A stretch of DNA of 64,000 nt from the NCBI RefSeq assembly GCF_963921235.1, contig NC_086097.1, positions 49,044,001-49,108,000 of the forward strand, read 5' to 3'. The notes beneath the pieces are model-generated. The model searched no databases. It was not told where the DNA came from and was given only the letters and a program-made list of their open reading frames with translations. Source of the stretch: Mobula hypostoma (lineage: Eukaryota). Numbering within the stretch: the first letter of the stretch is position 1; the number at the start of each line of letters is the position of its first letter. This document shows, one piece after another, positions 38,153-52,372 of the stretch. The position numbers and the translations under genes were made by a program.

Positions 38153-38599
38153 GAATGGTTCATTGTCCATTCAGAAATTTTGTGGCAGAGCGGAAGAAGC
38201 TGATGCTGTAAAGTTGAGTGTGTGTCTTCAGGCTCTTGTACGTCCTCTTTGCTGGTAGGCATGAGAAGAGGTACAAGAGCCTGGGTGTTAGGGGTCCTTA
38301 ATGATGGATGCTGCCTTTTTCAGGCATTGCCTTTGGAGATGTCCTGGATGTGGTGGAGGCTAGTGCCCATGATGGAGCTGGCTGAGTTCACACCTTTCTC
38401 CAGCTTTTTCCAATCCTGTGCAGTGGCCTCTCCATACCAGATGGTGATGCAACCAGTAAAGACTCCATCGTACATCTGAAGAGAACTGTGAGTTTCTTTG
38501 GTGACATACCAAGTCTGCTCAAACTCCTAATGAAATATAATTGCTGTCATGCCTTCTTTGCGATTGCATCAATATGTTCCGCCAGGATAGATCCTCAGA

Positions 38600-39112
38600 G
38601 ATAGAAACATAGAAACATAGAAAATAGGTGCAGGAGTAGGCCATTCGGCCCTTCGAGCCTGCACCACCATTTATTATGATCATGGCTGATCATCCAACTC
38701 AGAACCCCGCCCCAGCCTTCCCTCCATACCCCCTGATCCCCGTAGCCACCAGGGCCAAATCTAACTCCCTCTTAAACATAGCCAATGAACTGGCCTCAAC
38801 TGTTTCCTGTGGCAGACAATTCCACAGATTCACCACTCTCTGTGTGAAGAAGTTTTTCCTAATCTCAGTCCTAAAAGGCTTCCCCTTTATCCTCAAACTG
38901 TGACCCCTCGTTCTGGACTTCCCCAACATCGGGAACAATCTTCCTGCATCTAGCCTGTCCGATCCCTTTTGGATTTTATACGTTTCAATCAGATCCCCCC
39001 TCAATCTTCTAGATTCCAACGAGTACAAGCCTAGTTCATCCAGTCTTTCTTCATATGAAAGTCCTGCCATCCCAGGAATCAATCTGGTGAACCTTCTTTG
39101 TACTCCCTCTAT
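38600..39112 (-). mobile_element. Short young CR1 3' end, same family as 5132-6581
   Basis: Near-identical to the 3' part of 5132-6581; (AGAAACAT)n tail. Confidence 0.93.
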
Positions 39113-42100
39113 GACATTCAGGAACTTAAATCTGCTCACCCCTTCCATTTCTGATCCCTTGATGAAGGCTGGTAGCTGTTTCCTTGACTTTCTCTTCCTG
39201 AAGTCCACAATAAATTCCTTGGGTTTACTTACAGTGAGGGCAAGGTTGTTGCTGTGACACTACTCAACCAGCTGATCTATCTGGCTCCTGTATGACTCGA
39301 CACCATCTGAAATTCTGCTAACAATGGTTGCGTTGTTGGCAATTTTATAGGTGGTGTTTGAGCAGTGCTTAGCCATGTTGTCATGTGTGTAGAGAGAGTA
39401 GACCAGTGGAAAAGCATACATCCTTGAGGTGTGTCAGTGTTGATTGTCAGTGAGGAGGAGATGTTATTTCTGATCCACACAAATATTGGTCTCCATTGAG
39501 GAAATCAAGGATCCTGTTGCAAAGGCCCAGGTTTTGGAGGTTTTTGAATAGAACTGAGAGTATTATTGTGTTGAATGATGAGCTGCAGTTAATAAACAGC
39601 AGACTGACATAAGTATTGCTATCGTCCAGGTGATAAAGGCCAAGTGGAGACCAAGTGAGATTGCATCCACCATAGACCTTTGGTGATGACAACAGATATA
39701 ATCCCAATGACTATCACCCGGTGGCATTCATATTGACTGTGATAAAGTGCTTTAGAAGCTGGTCATGGCTAGAATCAACTCCTGCCTAAGCAAGGACCTG
39801 GACCCACTCTATTTGCCTATTACCACAATAGGTCCTTGCTTAGGCAGTTGATTCTATCTATGACCAACCTCTCAAAGCACTTCATCACAGTAGATGTGAG
39901 TGCTACTGGGCAATAATCATTGAGGCAGCTCATTCTGCTCTTCTTGGGCACTAGTATGATTGTTGCCCTTTTGAAGCAAGTGGGACTCTGACTGCAGCAG
40001 TGAAAGTTTGAAGATGTCCTGTGCAGGTTGAATGTTCTACTGCGTCATAAAGAAATATGAGAAGAGATGATTATAACATATGAAATGCTAAATACTAATT
40101 GAGTAATATTCCATGACTACAATAAATAGTAATTAACTTCTAGTCCATGATTGTAATTATAAAATATTAATAATGATGTGAGCCTGTTTTGGATGACATT
40201 CCTTTAAAAGAGATTGTGCAGCACACCACCACTGTCAGAACAGTACTTTGCAACATTGATGTCTTTAAAAATAATATGGGTGTATGGAAGTATCTATCGC
40301 CATAGCTTATTCCTTCAGAATTTCTATATCAGGAAAATGAATTGTTTGAAACTTAGACCTTCTAACCCACAGGTAGTGTCATTATTTAGCCTGACACATC
40401 TCACAGGCTGATTTTGAGCCAGCCACTGATTCTTGTCTCGTATCCTATGGTGCAATTTCTTAAAGGATTATGAATTGTTCTCTTTTTGATTTTAAGGCAA
40501 TGATTGATCTTTTGAAAATGATGGGGAGCCCTGTTTGTTCTTAGTTGTACGGCTTTTGACTAGTTAGTGATTAATGGACCTGTCCTGTATACCTTAAAGA
40601 CAGTAGTAATTTTCTGACTGGCACCAGCTTATCTTAAAGCAAGAGGTAAAAGTGCATTCAATCTTTTTTTCTATATAACCTAAAAAGGCCTGCATTATTT
40701 TAAGCCTTATCTGAATGTTCAACCAATGCATCACCCTGGTTTTATTAGGATTTTACATTGAATGGAGAAATTAAAGGATGTGGATATATAGTCCTTGTAA
40801 ACACTGCTCTATATAAATTCTTCCATTTAATGACCAGAATAGCTAAATATAACTCTGATCTGCTGGTTAATATATGTGCACCATTTATGAAAGGTTTTTA
40901 TGAGACTGCAATAAAATAATTTCATGTTAGATTATGTACTTGTTATTTTTATCCTTAAGCTTTTGGAGCAATTTTGTAACTCAGAAACACTTATAAAAAA
41001 ACTGAGTGTGAAGTCCAGTATGTTTCTGGCCAATCTTTACTGGATTTCTATTTCTACAGAGAAAATCAAATGCATTATTGTGGTACCTAGCTGCCTTTAT
41101 ATAGTGTCTTAAATATAAAGTAACATCTCATGTCTATACAAATTTAGTCATTCAAAGGTTCAAGGTGCAGAAGGGGTGATGGGCACATGGCAAATAGGAT
41201 AGGTTTTGAAGAATGTACTAAAATTAAAAGGAAAAATTAAAGAAATTAAAAGAAAAGTTATATCTCTAATACTATGTCCTTACTTATTTGTCAGTTTTTA
41301 AAAAAAAATTCAACCAGTTAGAAGTCATTTAAATACATTCACTAAAATTGTTCATTACAGATTTGTGATATAGGTGGGCCAAACTTTCTTTAGGATTCCG
41401 TCCTAAATCTGCGGCATTTTATCTGATGTGCACTATATCTGTATTCTTATTATTGACTCTGTCTTAATCTCAAATTTTCTCAGATTATTAAGTCTTTGTT
41501 TTTGTTCTCACAACAGTGGATACTACTGGCATGGATATGAACAAAAAGTGGTATATAATTCATAATCTCTCACATATAATACAGTGACATCTTTCTAGTT
41601 GTTGAACATAAGTGTTAAACTAAACCTCTCACTGCATGGCAGAGGAGAAATATAGCTTGCATTGATGCATCAAAGCATCTCATTACATTGCAGTTGAGAG
41701 TGGTAATCAATTACACTGCCATTATGAGTGCCATCTGGATGTTGATCTGTAGTTGCATGTCTTGCCCCGAAGCTGACAAAGGCTTGAGATTGAATTGTTG
41801 TTATGACACTATCTTGCCGAAGGCCAGGTGACTGACACTTCAGCAGTTCACACAATACTTCAAATCATTATCTCCAAAGTTTGTAGGATTAATATTTGTA
41901 CAATTCAAAAATTCCTACTTGTGGATAATATGAGCTATAAATAATAGCCTCCCAGAATCAAGTTTATGACTGAGGGTATTTTTATGCAATATTTCAAATG
42001 TTAACAACCAATTCTCCAATTACAATGCAGAAGAAATGTGCCTGACGCAATTCAAATGCAAAAAGCATATTAAGCTTCTGCTTGCTTCTCATTAAAGGAT

Positions 42101-43447
42101 AAAGCATTCTCTTCATTCTACTCAACTATGTCAACCAGATTGGTTGTCTTTCACAATTGACTGACAATTTTCAAAGATCAACACTAATTAATCACTTATC
42201 TTGGATACTACAATTTGGCCTGGAACAATATATCCTAGGTTCTAACAAAGACTATCATTAAGTTCCAGATCACATGTCTGAAGGGAAATTAAGTAGATTT
42301 ATTTTTCCAGAAAATGGTTGAGTGGTATAATATACTGACACTTTGAGGAACCACATCAGGCAAACATAGATTACAGGTTTGCCCTTGTGGTTCCCATATG
42401 GCAGATGTGTCATTTCTTCCATCCTGTGAAGGTACAAGAAACATAAATGGTGTATGGTCACCCATATCCTGACTGATGCAGTTAGAGAGTAGTTTTTAAG
42501 GTGCAGCAGAAATAATTGTTTGTGTTTATTTTCACAAGGGGAGACCGAAACAACAGCACAGGTGTAAGCAAGTGCATGGATTAATTTAATAATTTTACAC
42601 ATTTTCTGAGCATTGTACACTGTAATCATGGTAAGGAATTAACATTAGTAACAAAAGATTTTTATGAGCAACATATGGCACAATAAAGTCTGTCACTTTA
42701 TACTACTAACCCTCAAATTGCTGTTTTTCATTTTATTAGCTATAGAGAAGCTGTTGACTTAGGTACAAATTCAGTAGTGCGAGATAGCAGCTGTTCCGTA
42801 AGAAACAACCATAATCATTTTCTAAACACTGCAGATGAGCTTTTCAAGTGCAAAGACAATGTATTCTGCTGCTAGAAAGAATATTCAGGTGTATCAATTT
42901 GGCTTTAAGCAACTGTGGCATGTTGAGCTTCCTTGAGGAGAATGGACACAATTTATCAATTTGTTCATTTGTTTTCAGAACACTTTATAGCGTTTGCAAT
43001 GTTATGAAATGTACCGAATGAGCTGAAAGATTTTCCACATGGTTTTAATTTTTTTATGTTCATTCTGAAGATTCAGTGTATGCTATATACAGTAGCTTGA
43101 TACTGTAAAGCAGGATAAATTATTCTGATTAATATCTAGTGTTTTGGTGTACAAATATTAACAATGAGTTACCAATATAGCATCTGTTACATTTCATGTT
43201 GTGACATTTTAGTAAATCGTCATCTTTTAGAGACAAAGGTTTATCAGGCACTGAAAGAAGCATCTACTGAAAGACACATTTGTGATTAGGTTACCTACTA
43301 TTTAGTTGGAAGATAAGGCTAGAGAGTGAGTATCCTGCTTTACAGTAATTTTTCAGCACTTTTACCTTTACAAAAAGACATGCAGCATTATTGTGTTTGA
43401 ACATGTTGGCCAAATCTCACATTCTATGGCATGTACAGTAGCTGGAT

Positions 43448-43702
<255 letters not shown>

Positions 43703-44275
43703 TCAATAGAATAAGCAGGTTGCTTCTTTACACCATTAATAACAACTTATGATTACATGATTTCTATATATTGTATGGGCCATGGTTATAAATCTCATGG
43801 CCCATACAATATATGATGTTCTATAAAACAGTAGGTTTAAGTTCACATTGTGGCCAATAAATAATCTTAATGAAATCAAGATAATAATTAAGCAAGTTAT
43901 ACTTATGCAATATTCAAAAAAATTCACAAATGATCATTTCATGTAAAAACTACAACTTCTGAAACAGGCTTTTAATATAAATCTGCTAGACAACAATTTC
44001 CATCAGCATACAAGTGATCCGCCTGCTCTCCTCGTACAGCTTGTGAGTCAGTAATTATAAAACATTAAATTTTCTTAACAAAGAAAGACTGTCCAATCTT
44101 TGAAACCTTATAAATTCTCCACATAAGAGAATTTCAGTGACTGAGGATATTCACAGCTGAGAATTGGTGTTTTGAACACTAAGGTAATCATGGAATGTAA
44201 GCACCAGGTAAGAAAACAGAGGAGGTACAAGATCAAGCCGGATCATTTTAGTTTTGGTGGAATGGGTTGACAGAT

Positions 44276-47200
44276 TGTTCTGGTCTCTAGAGGCACAGTT
44301 TATCTTGTATGAATATCACTTCCTAGAAGTAAACTGTTTTTTGTACAACTTCCTGCACGCCTGAGTTTTGATTTGATTTGAAGCACACAGTGGGAAAACA
44401 TTCATCTCCATCCACAGTTTGTTTGAACTTGAAATAACAATATCTGTGAGCCTTAAGTATTTGGTAATATTGGTAAACAATTAGAAGGTATATTTTGAAG
44501 GAAGTATTACATTTATTGTTATTAAGATATCATTGCGCCACGAGTTTTCTCTTGCTTACATGGCATAGTTATGGAGTATTTTGTATGTGTATTACCTTCT
44601 TAGCACCAATTACGAGAATAATCAGCAGTATTAGCATATTCAGATGCTTCATAATGCTGTAATAACTTTAATATTTACTTTACTTAACCTTCTGCAGTTT
44701 GACAAGTGAAAACCCTGAAGAAAGCTTCCACCTCGGCTGATTTTTGGAACGGTGTTTACCTTGCTGCACAGCTGTGTAGAGACAGACTGCGAGGACAGTA
44801 GAGTCAGATAACTAATCTTTAAAGGCAGCACCCAGACACTGGAGACACGTCCAAACGCTGCGGACAATAATGCCCACTTTAAACCTGAGCGAGGCTAATT
44901 GCAAAGATCTGGAAGTGAAGTCAGAATGTGCATCTACCTTGTCTTTGTGACACTGGAACAAATGCTTGACTAGCATACTAGCATTGCTGCAGCACGAACC
45001 CACGCCAGATCTGGAGCGGCAAGAATGAGAGCAGATTATGCTAAGCGCAAAGTTGAGATATAAATGGAGAAAGCTGATATAGACAGGGAGAAAGCAGATG
45101 TAGACATGGGGAGAGCACATGTAGAGGCTACATTCAGTGCACTCAAGGAAGAGCTGAGGCTGCCTCAGCAGCGGCAAAGGAGTATGAAGCAGCAGCTGAC
45201 TTACGACAGTGGTGAGTCTATAACCAGAATCAGTAATGCTTTGCTGTCACAAAAGTCAATACAGCTTACTGAAGAATATGTCCAAATCCATTTTCACTAT
45301 AAAAATGACAGTGCTGCAGCTCTGTAAGAGAAGGGGTCCACACCACTTTCATGTAGTCCAGGTATTGACAGTAAAGGTCTACAGCAGCAAACAACCACAA
45401 TAACCCCTCTGATGTCCCACCACAGCAAAGACCTCATTCAAGAGTTGCTACAGATGCCAATCCTATTTGCATAAACATGGACAGACTGAACTTCCATCCA
45501 CACCAGGACAAACATTTGGCAAACCAGTCTCCTCAATGCTGTCATTCAGGTACTGCAGTTGATATGGTTTGGTATCTGGTTCATCGAGGCTAAGTCAAGG
45601 CTGGACTAAAAGTGCTCGACAACTAGTCTGCCAGTTATCTGTTCCAGAAGTTAAGCTTTCACAAAGCCGTGGAAGGACTAAGTCTCAAATCTAATGAAGA
45701 GATAGTCCTTCTCTGTAAGTGGTTTGGTGGTGAGTTACTGCTTCACGCAAGAAGAGTTAAGAGCAGTGCACATTAATAATCCAACTAATAGTTTATAAAT
45801 TCTATGCCAGAGGCTGGACAAATGCTAAGCCTCTCCGGAGGCCATCAAAGAATCATTCTTCAGCAGACTTGATAACTTACCAAAGCTCTCACACAAAGAA
45901 CCGTGGAAGCTTCTGGAACTGCAGCCACAAAAAAAACGAGGGTTACCTACTAGGGCTGTGTTTCTAGGACACAGCAAGAGGAATAAACCCTATAGTGGAG
46001 AAACTACTGAGCACTATCCAAGTACAGTGACTAAGTGAAGGGTTCAAGTATAAAACGAAGCATTATGCCCCCTATCCACCATTTTCATGCTTTGTGGAAT
46101 TTGTCTGCTGCTATGCAGAAGTGGGAAGTGACTCCAGTTTTATGCCCTCAACTTCTAGTAACATGTCATTCAAAGAGAGGTCTCCAGCAAAAGCACTGGA
46201 ACCCAGAACCCCTATCATGGTTAACAAACTGAAGTAGGGCAGCAGAGCATGCTGGGAAGCCAGCTGAGCATCCATCAGATATCGCTACTTCCTCATGCAT
46301 GGAAGTATGCGGGAAAGTCTTCCAAGGAAAATCCTGCTCAAAAACATGTCTGGTCAACATCTACCTGAAAGGACATCCTGAGCAAAATAATAAAGGCATA
46401 TGTGATATCAGATGATCAGAGTAATGTGTCTTTGACATATTCAGTACTCAAAGTTCTGTCTCCCTGTATACTCTAAAGACATGTTCAAACATCTAAAGAC
46501 ATCAGAAGCTGCTGGAAGAAGAATCAGTGGATTTGTTACAGGTTCAGTAAGAGCGAAGGTCTGCTTACTCTTGCCAACCCTCATTGAGTGTGACCATGTT
46601 CCCAACAACAGGGACGAAATTCCAACTCATGAAGCTGCATGCAGCCATTCACATCTTAAGGCTACACCCAACAAGATCGAACCTACTTGACTCTTGTGCT
46701 GAGATTCTCCTATTGCTTGGCAGAGACACCATCCATGCGCACACGGTACATGAACAGCACAATGTTCAGCACAGTGTACCTTATGCCCAATAACTGGACT
46801 TGGGTTTGGTCACAGTGGGTGAAGTCCGCCTCGATGGTGCTCGTCAGCCAACTGTTGGCACATTTAAGACTAACGAACTGGAGAGTGGGTGCCCAAATGA
46901 TTTCAGATCCTGTGAGAATAGAATCTGTATGAAGGAGAAGATTGTAGGTAAGCAAACCACAGACGAGTCAAAAGTTGGGCAGCTCTTCTTCCTTTCTGCT
47001 CTCCATTACAATTCCTACTAAACAGAGAGCAGGCCCTTAGGTGACTCATGTCCCTTAGTCACATATTGAGAAGCAAACCAGAACTGAAAGATCAGCTCAT
47101 TACATGGAGTTCATGGAGAAACTCTTCAGGACTAATCATACTGAACTAGTGCCTCAACCAGATCCCAGCAAAGAAAGCTGATATTTGCCCAACTTTGGTA

Positions 47201-49543
47201 ACCCCAGAAATCTGCACAAATACAAATTGTCTGTGATTCAAGTGCGCAGTTCAAAGGCGTAGAAATGTGCACAAATACAAATTGTTTGTGGTTCAAGTGC
47301 GCAGTTCAAAGGCGTATCACTAAGCAATGTGCTCTTGTGGGGTCCAGGCCTCAATAACAGTCTCTCAGAGTCCTCGTGCATTTCAGAACTGAGTCTGTCA
47401 CAGTGATGGCAGGCATCGAACAAATGTACCACAGCTTCCTAGTGAGAAAGGACCATCGAGACCATCTCAGATTCATGTGATTTCATGACCACCAAATGGA
47501 CAATGAGATTCTGGAGTACCGCATGGGAGTTCATGTATTTGGTAACTGTCGCTCACCAGCTGTGGCAATCTATGGCCTTTAAGAGGACAGCTATCCAGGA
47601 AGAGAAGGAATACAGGACTGAAGCACATAAGTACATGGAAAGACATTTCTATGTTGTGGATGTTCTTAAATCATTTTCTAGTGCACAAGAAGCAGTCTAT
47701 GTGCTGAAAGCAGCGCAAGACATGTTGTCAGCCTAATCCCAGACTGCATATGATGGCATCCAACAGTGCTGAGATCATGCAACATTTTCCATCTGAAGAT
47801 CTAGCCAAAGGTCTACCGATCTTGATAATGGACAGAACCTCCCTCCTATGCAGTGCAGTCTGGACCTTAGATGGACCTCATTATCAACACCCTTACTTTC
47901 TAGATCACTAATACCAAAAGACCCTTCACGTGTCGTGGTTCTGCTATTGATTACCAACAGCCTATTTGACCCTCTTAGATTGGCTGCTCCAGTCAGTACC
48001 CAGGGGCACTTCATGTTAACAAGGTTCACTCCGGACTCCTATTGGTGAGATGTCACACTCCCTAAGGAGAAACGTGAGCAGTGCCAGAAGTGATGTTCCT
48101 CCCTTCAGGATCTTATAACCTTGAAAATTCCAAAAACTTAAACAAGTCCACTGTCTACAGCCCAAGAGAAAGTGGCCTGCACCTTCTGTGACGCATCAGG
48201 TAAAGCTACTGCTACTGTTGCACATCTAAAGGTCACAGGCATTGCTGGATATAGTGAAGTTGGATTCATCCTGGGCAAGGCAAAGCTTGCTCCCAAACTA
48301 GATCTCAACATACCAAGGCTTCAACACAGTGCTGGTGTTCTAGCAGTTGAGATAACAGAGATGATACCGAAGAGCAACACACACAGAAATATCATGTTCT
48401 TTACCAACAGCAAAGTTGTGTCTGGTTATATATTTAATAAAACAAGTGCAGAAGCATAATAGGATAAAATGTATCAGGGAATTAACTCAAGAACCAATGG
48501 AACTACGTTCCTACAGATCTCACTCTGGCTGATTATGCCAGAAGAAGGCGCTAAGCTCACCCTCTCCTCACTGCTCCCTGGCCCAGCACTTCTTGCTGAT
48601 CTTCACCAGTATCATCATCAAGGCTGGTATATTCAAAATGAGAATGCTTAAAGACTGTGCAGTAAGATTGTTTTCAAGACCAGCCTTTTACCAAAGGCTT
48701 AGTGAAGTGATCACTTAACTTTTAGTCTCAGTATTTAAGTTTGACATCCTATGGATGCCAGCTGGACAGTGTTCTGGCTTCCAGAGGCATAGTTTGTTTT
48801 GTATAAACATCACTTCCCATAGGTAAGTTGTTTTTTTTTAAATCATTCCCTTGCAGATAAGTTTTGTTTCAATTTGAAGCACATGGTGAGAAGACATTTA
48901 TGTCTGTCCATTCTTTATTTGTCCTTCAAACAGCAGTATCTGTGAGTCATATGTTTTTGGTAATATTTATAGATGTTTAATAGATATACTTTAAAGGAAG
49001 TATTACATTTATCGTTTACTATTATCAAGATTTTATTTATTTATTTATTGAGATACAGCACAGAATAGGCCCTTCTGGCCCTTGGAGCCACAATGCCCAG
49101 CAATCTCCCGATTTAATCCAACCCTAATCACAGGACAATTTACAATGACCAATTTACCTAATAACTGGCAGATCTTTGTACTGTGGGAGGAAACCAGAGC
49201 ACCCAGAGGAAAGCCACATGGTCATGGGGAGAACATACAAACTCCTTACAGGCAGCGGTGGGAATTGCACCTACGTCACTGATACTGTTTACACAGAATA
49301 ATTATAGAGTACTGCATAAATGTATTACCATGGTTAACACTGATGGTGCAAATAATTGAAAGTATTAGTATATTCTGTCTTAATTCTGTATTGAATTTAA
49401 TATGTACTTAACTTAACTTTCTGTCCTTTCACAAGTAAGATCTCATTAAAAAACCCTGAAGAAAGTTTCTGCCTCGGGTAATTTTTGAGAAGGTGTTGAA
49501 CTCCCTGCATATCTATGTACAGATACACTGCAAGGGCAGTAGA
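44276..49543 (+). mobile_element. Ancient BEL/Pao LTR retrotransposon in the last TMEM179 intron
   Basis: Diverged LTRs at 44276-44802 and 48770-49543 (the latter split by a SINE); 5-bp TSD cagat/aagat. Peptides DDQSN, LPTLIECDHVPNNRDEIPT, IEQMYHSFLV, VHVFGN, RHFYVVD and FCDAS...GKAKLAP...IPRL. No integrase recognised. Confidence 0.88.
49031..49290 (-). mobile_element. V-SINE inserted in the BEL 3' LTR
   Basis: (tttat)n tail; gggaggaaaccagagcacccagaggaaagccac core, reverse complement of the 26090-26378 family. Confidence 0.8.
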
Positions 49544-49679
49544 AAGATTAATTGACTTAACCTTACTCCCACTTCTACACATTTTTTCAAAAATATAGAG
49601 GCATTTCTAACTTTGTGCAATAACGTGGTCTGTCAGTATGTGTGTGAGTGGAAAGGAGGAAAGGGGCTTGTTTAATTAG

Positions 49680-50256
49680 CCATATAAACACCGTGGCTAC
49701 CAGAATAGGTCAAGACTAGGAATCCTGCAGCGTGTAACTCACCTCCTGATTCCCCAAAGCCTGTCCACCATCTACAAGGTTCAGGTCAGGAGTGTAATGG
49801 AATATTCACCACTCGCCTGGATGAGTGCAGTTCCAACAACACTCAAGAAGCTCGACACCATCCAGAACAAGGCAGCCCACTTGACTGGTACCCCTTCTAC
49901 AAGCACCCAATCCCTCCACCATCGACGAATAGTTGCAGCAGTATGTACCATCTATAAGATGCACTGCAACAATGCACCAAAGTTCCTAAGGCAGCACCTT
50001 CCAAATCCACAACCACTACCATCTAGAAGGACGAAAACAGCAGATACCTGGGACCACCACCACTTGGATATTCCCCTCCAAGTCACTCACCATCCTGACT
50101 TGGAAACATATCGGTGTTCCTTCATTGTTGTTAGGTGAAAATCATGGAATTCCCTCCCTAACAGCACTGTGGGTATACCTACACCTCAGGGACAGCAGCG
50201 GTTCAAGAAGGCAGCTCATCATCACCTTCTCAAGGGCAACTAGGGATGGGCAATAA
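49680..50256 (+). mobile_element. CR1/L2-group LINE 3' fragment
   Basis: MEYSPLAWMSA...LDTIQNKAA...SLHHRR...IYKMH; ends at gggatgggcaataa. Confidence 0.75.
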
Positions 50257-50794
50257 GTGTTTTTGTTGTTGTTTGTGTTGTTCTGCTGAACACTATGGGC
50301 ATGGTATGTTGGTGTAATGATGGGATAGCAGAGCACACTCGATGGGCTGAATGGCCCAATTCTGCTCCTATAACTTATGGTGCCGGAATGTGTGGCAGCA
50401 ATTGCAGGTGGCCCCATATCCTTATGTTGTGCTGGACATCAAAGTAAATGATGTATTTCACTGTATGTTTCGATGTACATGTCATAAATAAATTAATCTG
50501 AATCTGATTATTCTCTGGAAATTAAAGCTGGTGTACAACAGACAACTGACATTGCCTGCAGTATCACCCAAAGTTAAAAATACTATAATGCAATGTAAAT
50601 TTAATTTTAATTATTCATTTACCAGGAAATTCCACAAACTGGTCATATTCGTTGATATTTTATTGGATGTCTGATGGAAATTTAGTTTGCATGGAAAAAT
50701 AGGATTCCTGCTGCACTTTCAGAAGAATAACTCATAAAAAAAGACTCTGAAGAATTTCCTGACTATAAGTTGCCCAACAACATAAGTTTACATT

Positions 50795-51261
50795 TTGCCA
50801 CAATGAGGCCACTCTCAGGGTGGAGGAGCAACATTTCATATTCCGTCAAGGTAATCTCTAACCTGATGGCACGAACATCAATTTCTCCTTCCCATAATTC
50901 TTTTCCCTCCTCCTTCCCTCTTCTATTTCTCCACTGGCCTCTTACCTCTTTTCCTCACTTGCCGATCACCTTCCCCTGGTGCCTCTCCTTCTTCCCTTTC
51001 TCCCATGGTCCATTCTCCTCTCCTATCAGATTCCTTCTTCTCCAGCCACTTTCCCATCCACTTCGCCTCATCTATCACCTCCTTTCCCTCCTCCCATCTT
51101 TTTATTCTAGCATTTTCCCTCTTTCTTCCCAGTCCTAAAAGGGGTTCGGCCAGAAACATCAACTGTTTATTCATTTCCATTGATGCTGCCTGACCTGCTG
51201 AGTTCTTCCAGCATTTCATGTGTTGCTCTGGATTTCCAGCATCCGCAGAATCTCTTGTGTT
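50795..51261 (+). mobile_element. Penelope-like 3' fragment
   Basis: 12-bp TSD taagtttacatt (50783-50794 and 51262-51273); EEQH..F peptide; decayed hammerhead at about 51130-51165. Confidence 0.82.
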
Positions 51262-52154
51262 TAAGTTTACATTAACTGTTTACAAAATAAATTGTAATTG
51301 TGCAAATTTTTTAAAGTTATTAAAACTGTAGGTTTTTAAATAAAGATTTTTCTTTCCCAACACGTTATCAAACTAGTTGCTAGCCCCAAACTGTCAGAAA
51401 CAATTCACAACTTCCACAATATATTTTTAATCTCGCCTTCTTAATTATTTGCATCTCATCATTGTAACTATAGAAATGTGAAAGGACATAGAAGGAATTA
51501 CTTTCATGGACAAAACCAGTGTTTTTGAACTTTACATGTGATTTATTAAGATATAAAGAATGACCTTGACTCTGTTCAGGTGTCATGTATATCTTTGTGA
51601 AAGGAAAGTTGAGCCTTAACCATCTGTTTGATTTTACTGCTTTACCCACTTTGTGCATAAAACCGAAATGACAGTTGTTTTATAGTAAAAGCTCATTGTT
51701 ATTAACCACCTGGCTGTTCATATAAACAGTGACTTATTTTATATCAGACATCAATTAAGGAACTGACATCTTTGCACCCAAGGCTTTTTGTCTACCCAGC
51801 TGCCTATCACATTAGCTTTCTTTAAATTCCAAACTGATTTCCCATTCATCAACAAAGTATAAAGGAGCATTAATTGGATTTTTTTTGCCTTAATTAAAAA
51901 GTGAGAGGTTAAATGCTAGAATTATGAAATTTATTCATGCAAAGACCAACCAATTCTTCTATGAAAAAGATGACATTCTTCACAAATAATGTTGTATTAT
52001 GTTAGTCACAATAAGATGAAAAAGGTTACATGTTATACCACCATTTAATGAAAGCAGTACAAAAAAACCTTTTGACGTTTCATATCTTTCAGTAATTTCA
52101 AGTAATAGTGTCAGGGCAAGCTTCCCACTTCCAGACTTTTATTCAAAATCTATT

Positions 52155-52372
52155 ATTACTATTAGCCATTAGTGAGACTCGGTTGCAGAAGGGGCCGGAC
52201 TGGCAGCTCAGTGTTCCAGGATTCCATTGTTTTCGATGTGATAGAGCAGGAGGGATTAAGGGAGGAGCGGTGGCATTACTAGTCGGAGAAAATGACACAA
52301 CAGTGCTCAGACAGAGACCAGAGAGCCCGTCTAGTGAGGCTTTACGTGTAGAACTGAGGAATAAGAAAGGTA
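52155..52372 (+). mobile_element. CR1 APE endonuclease fragment
   Basis: AISET...VPGFHCFRCDR...GGAVALLV. Confidence 0.75.

Larger units (their letters stand above)
38010..40020 (-). mobile_element. Rex1/Babar-like LINE with nested CR1 and a local inversion near 39700-39835
   Basis: [19 protein letters not shown] and DFRK; agaatcaaaatcagg tail. Confidence 0.8.
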
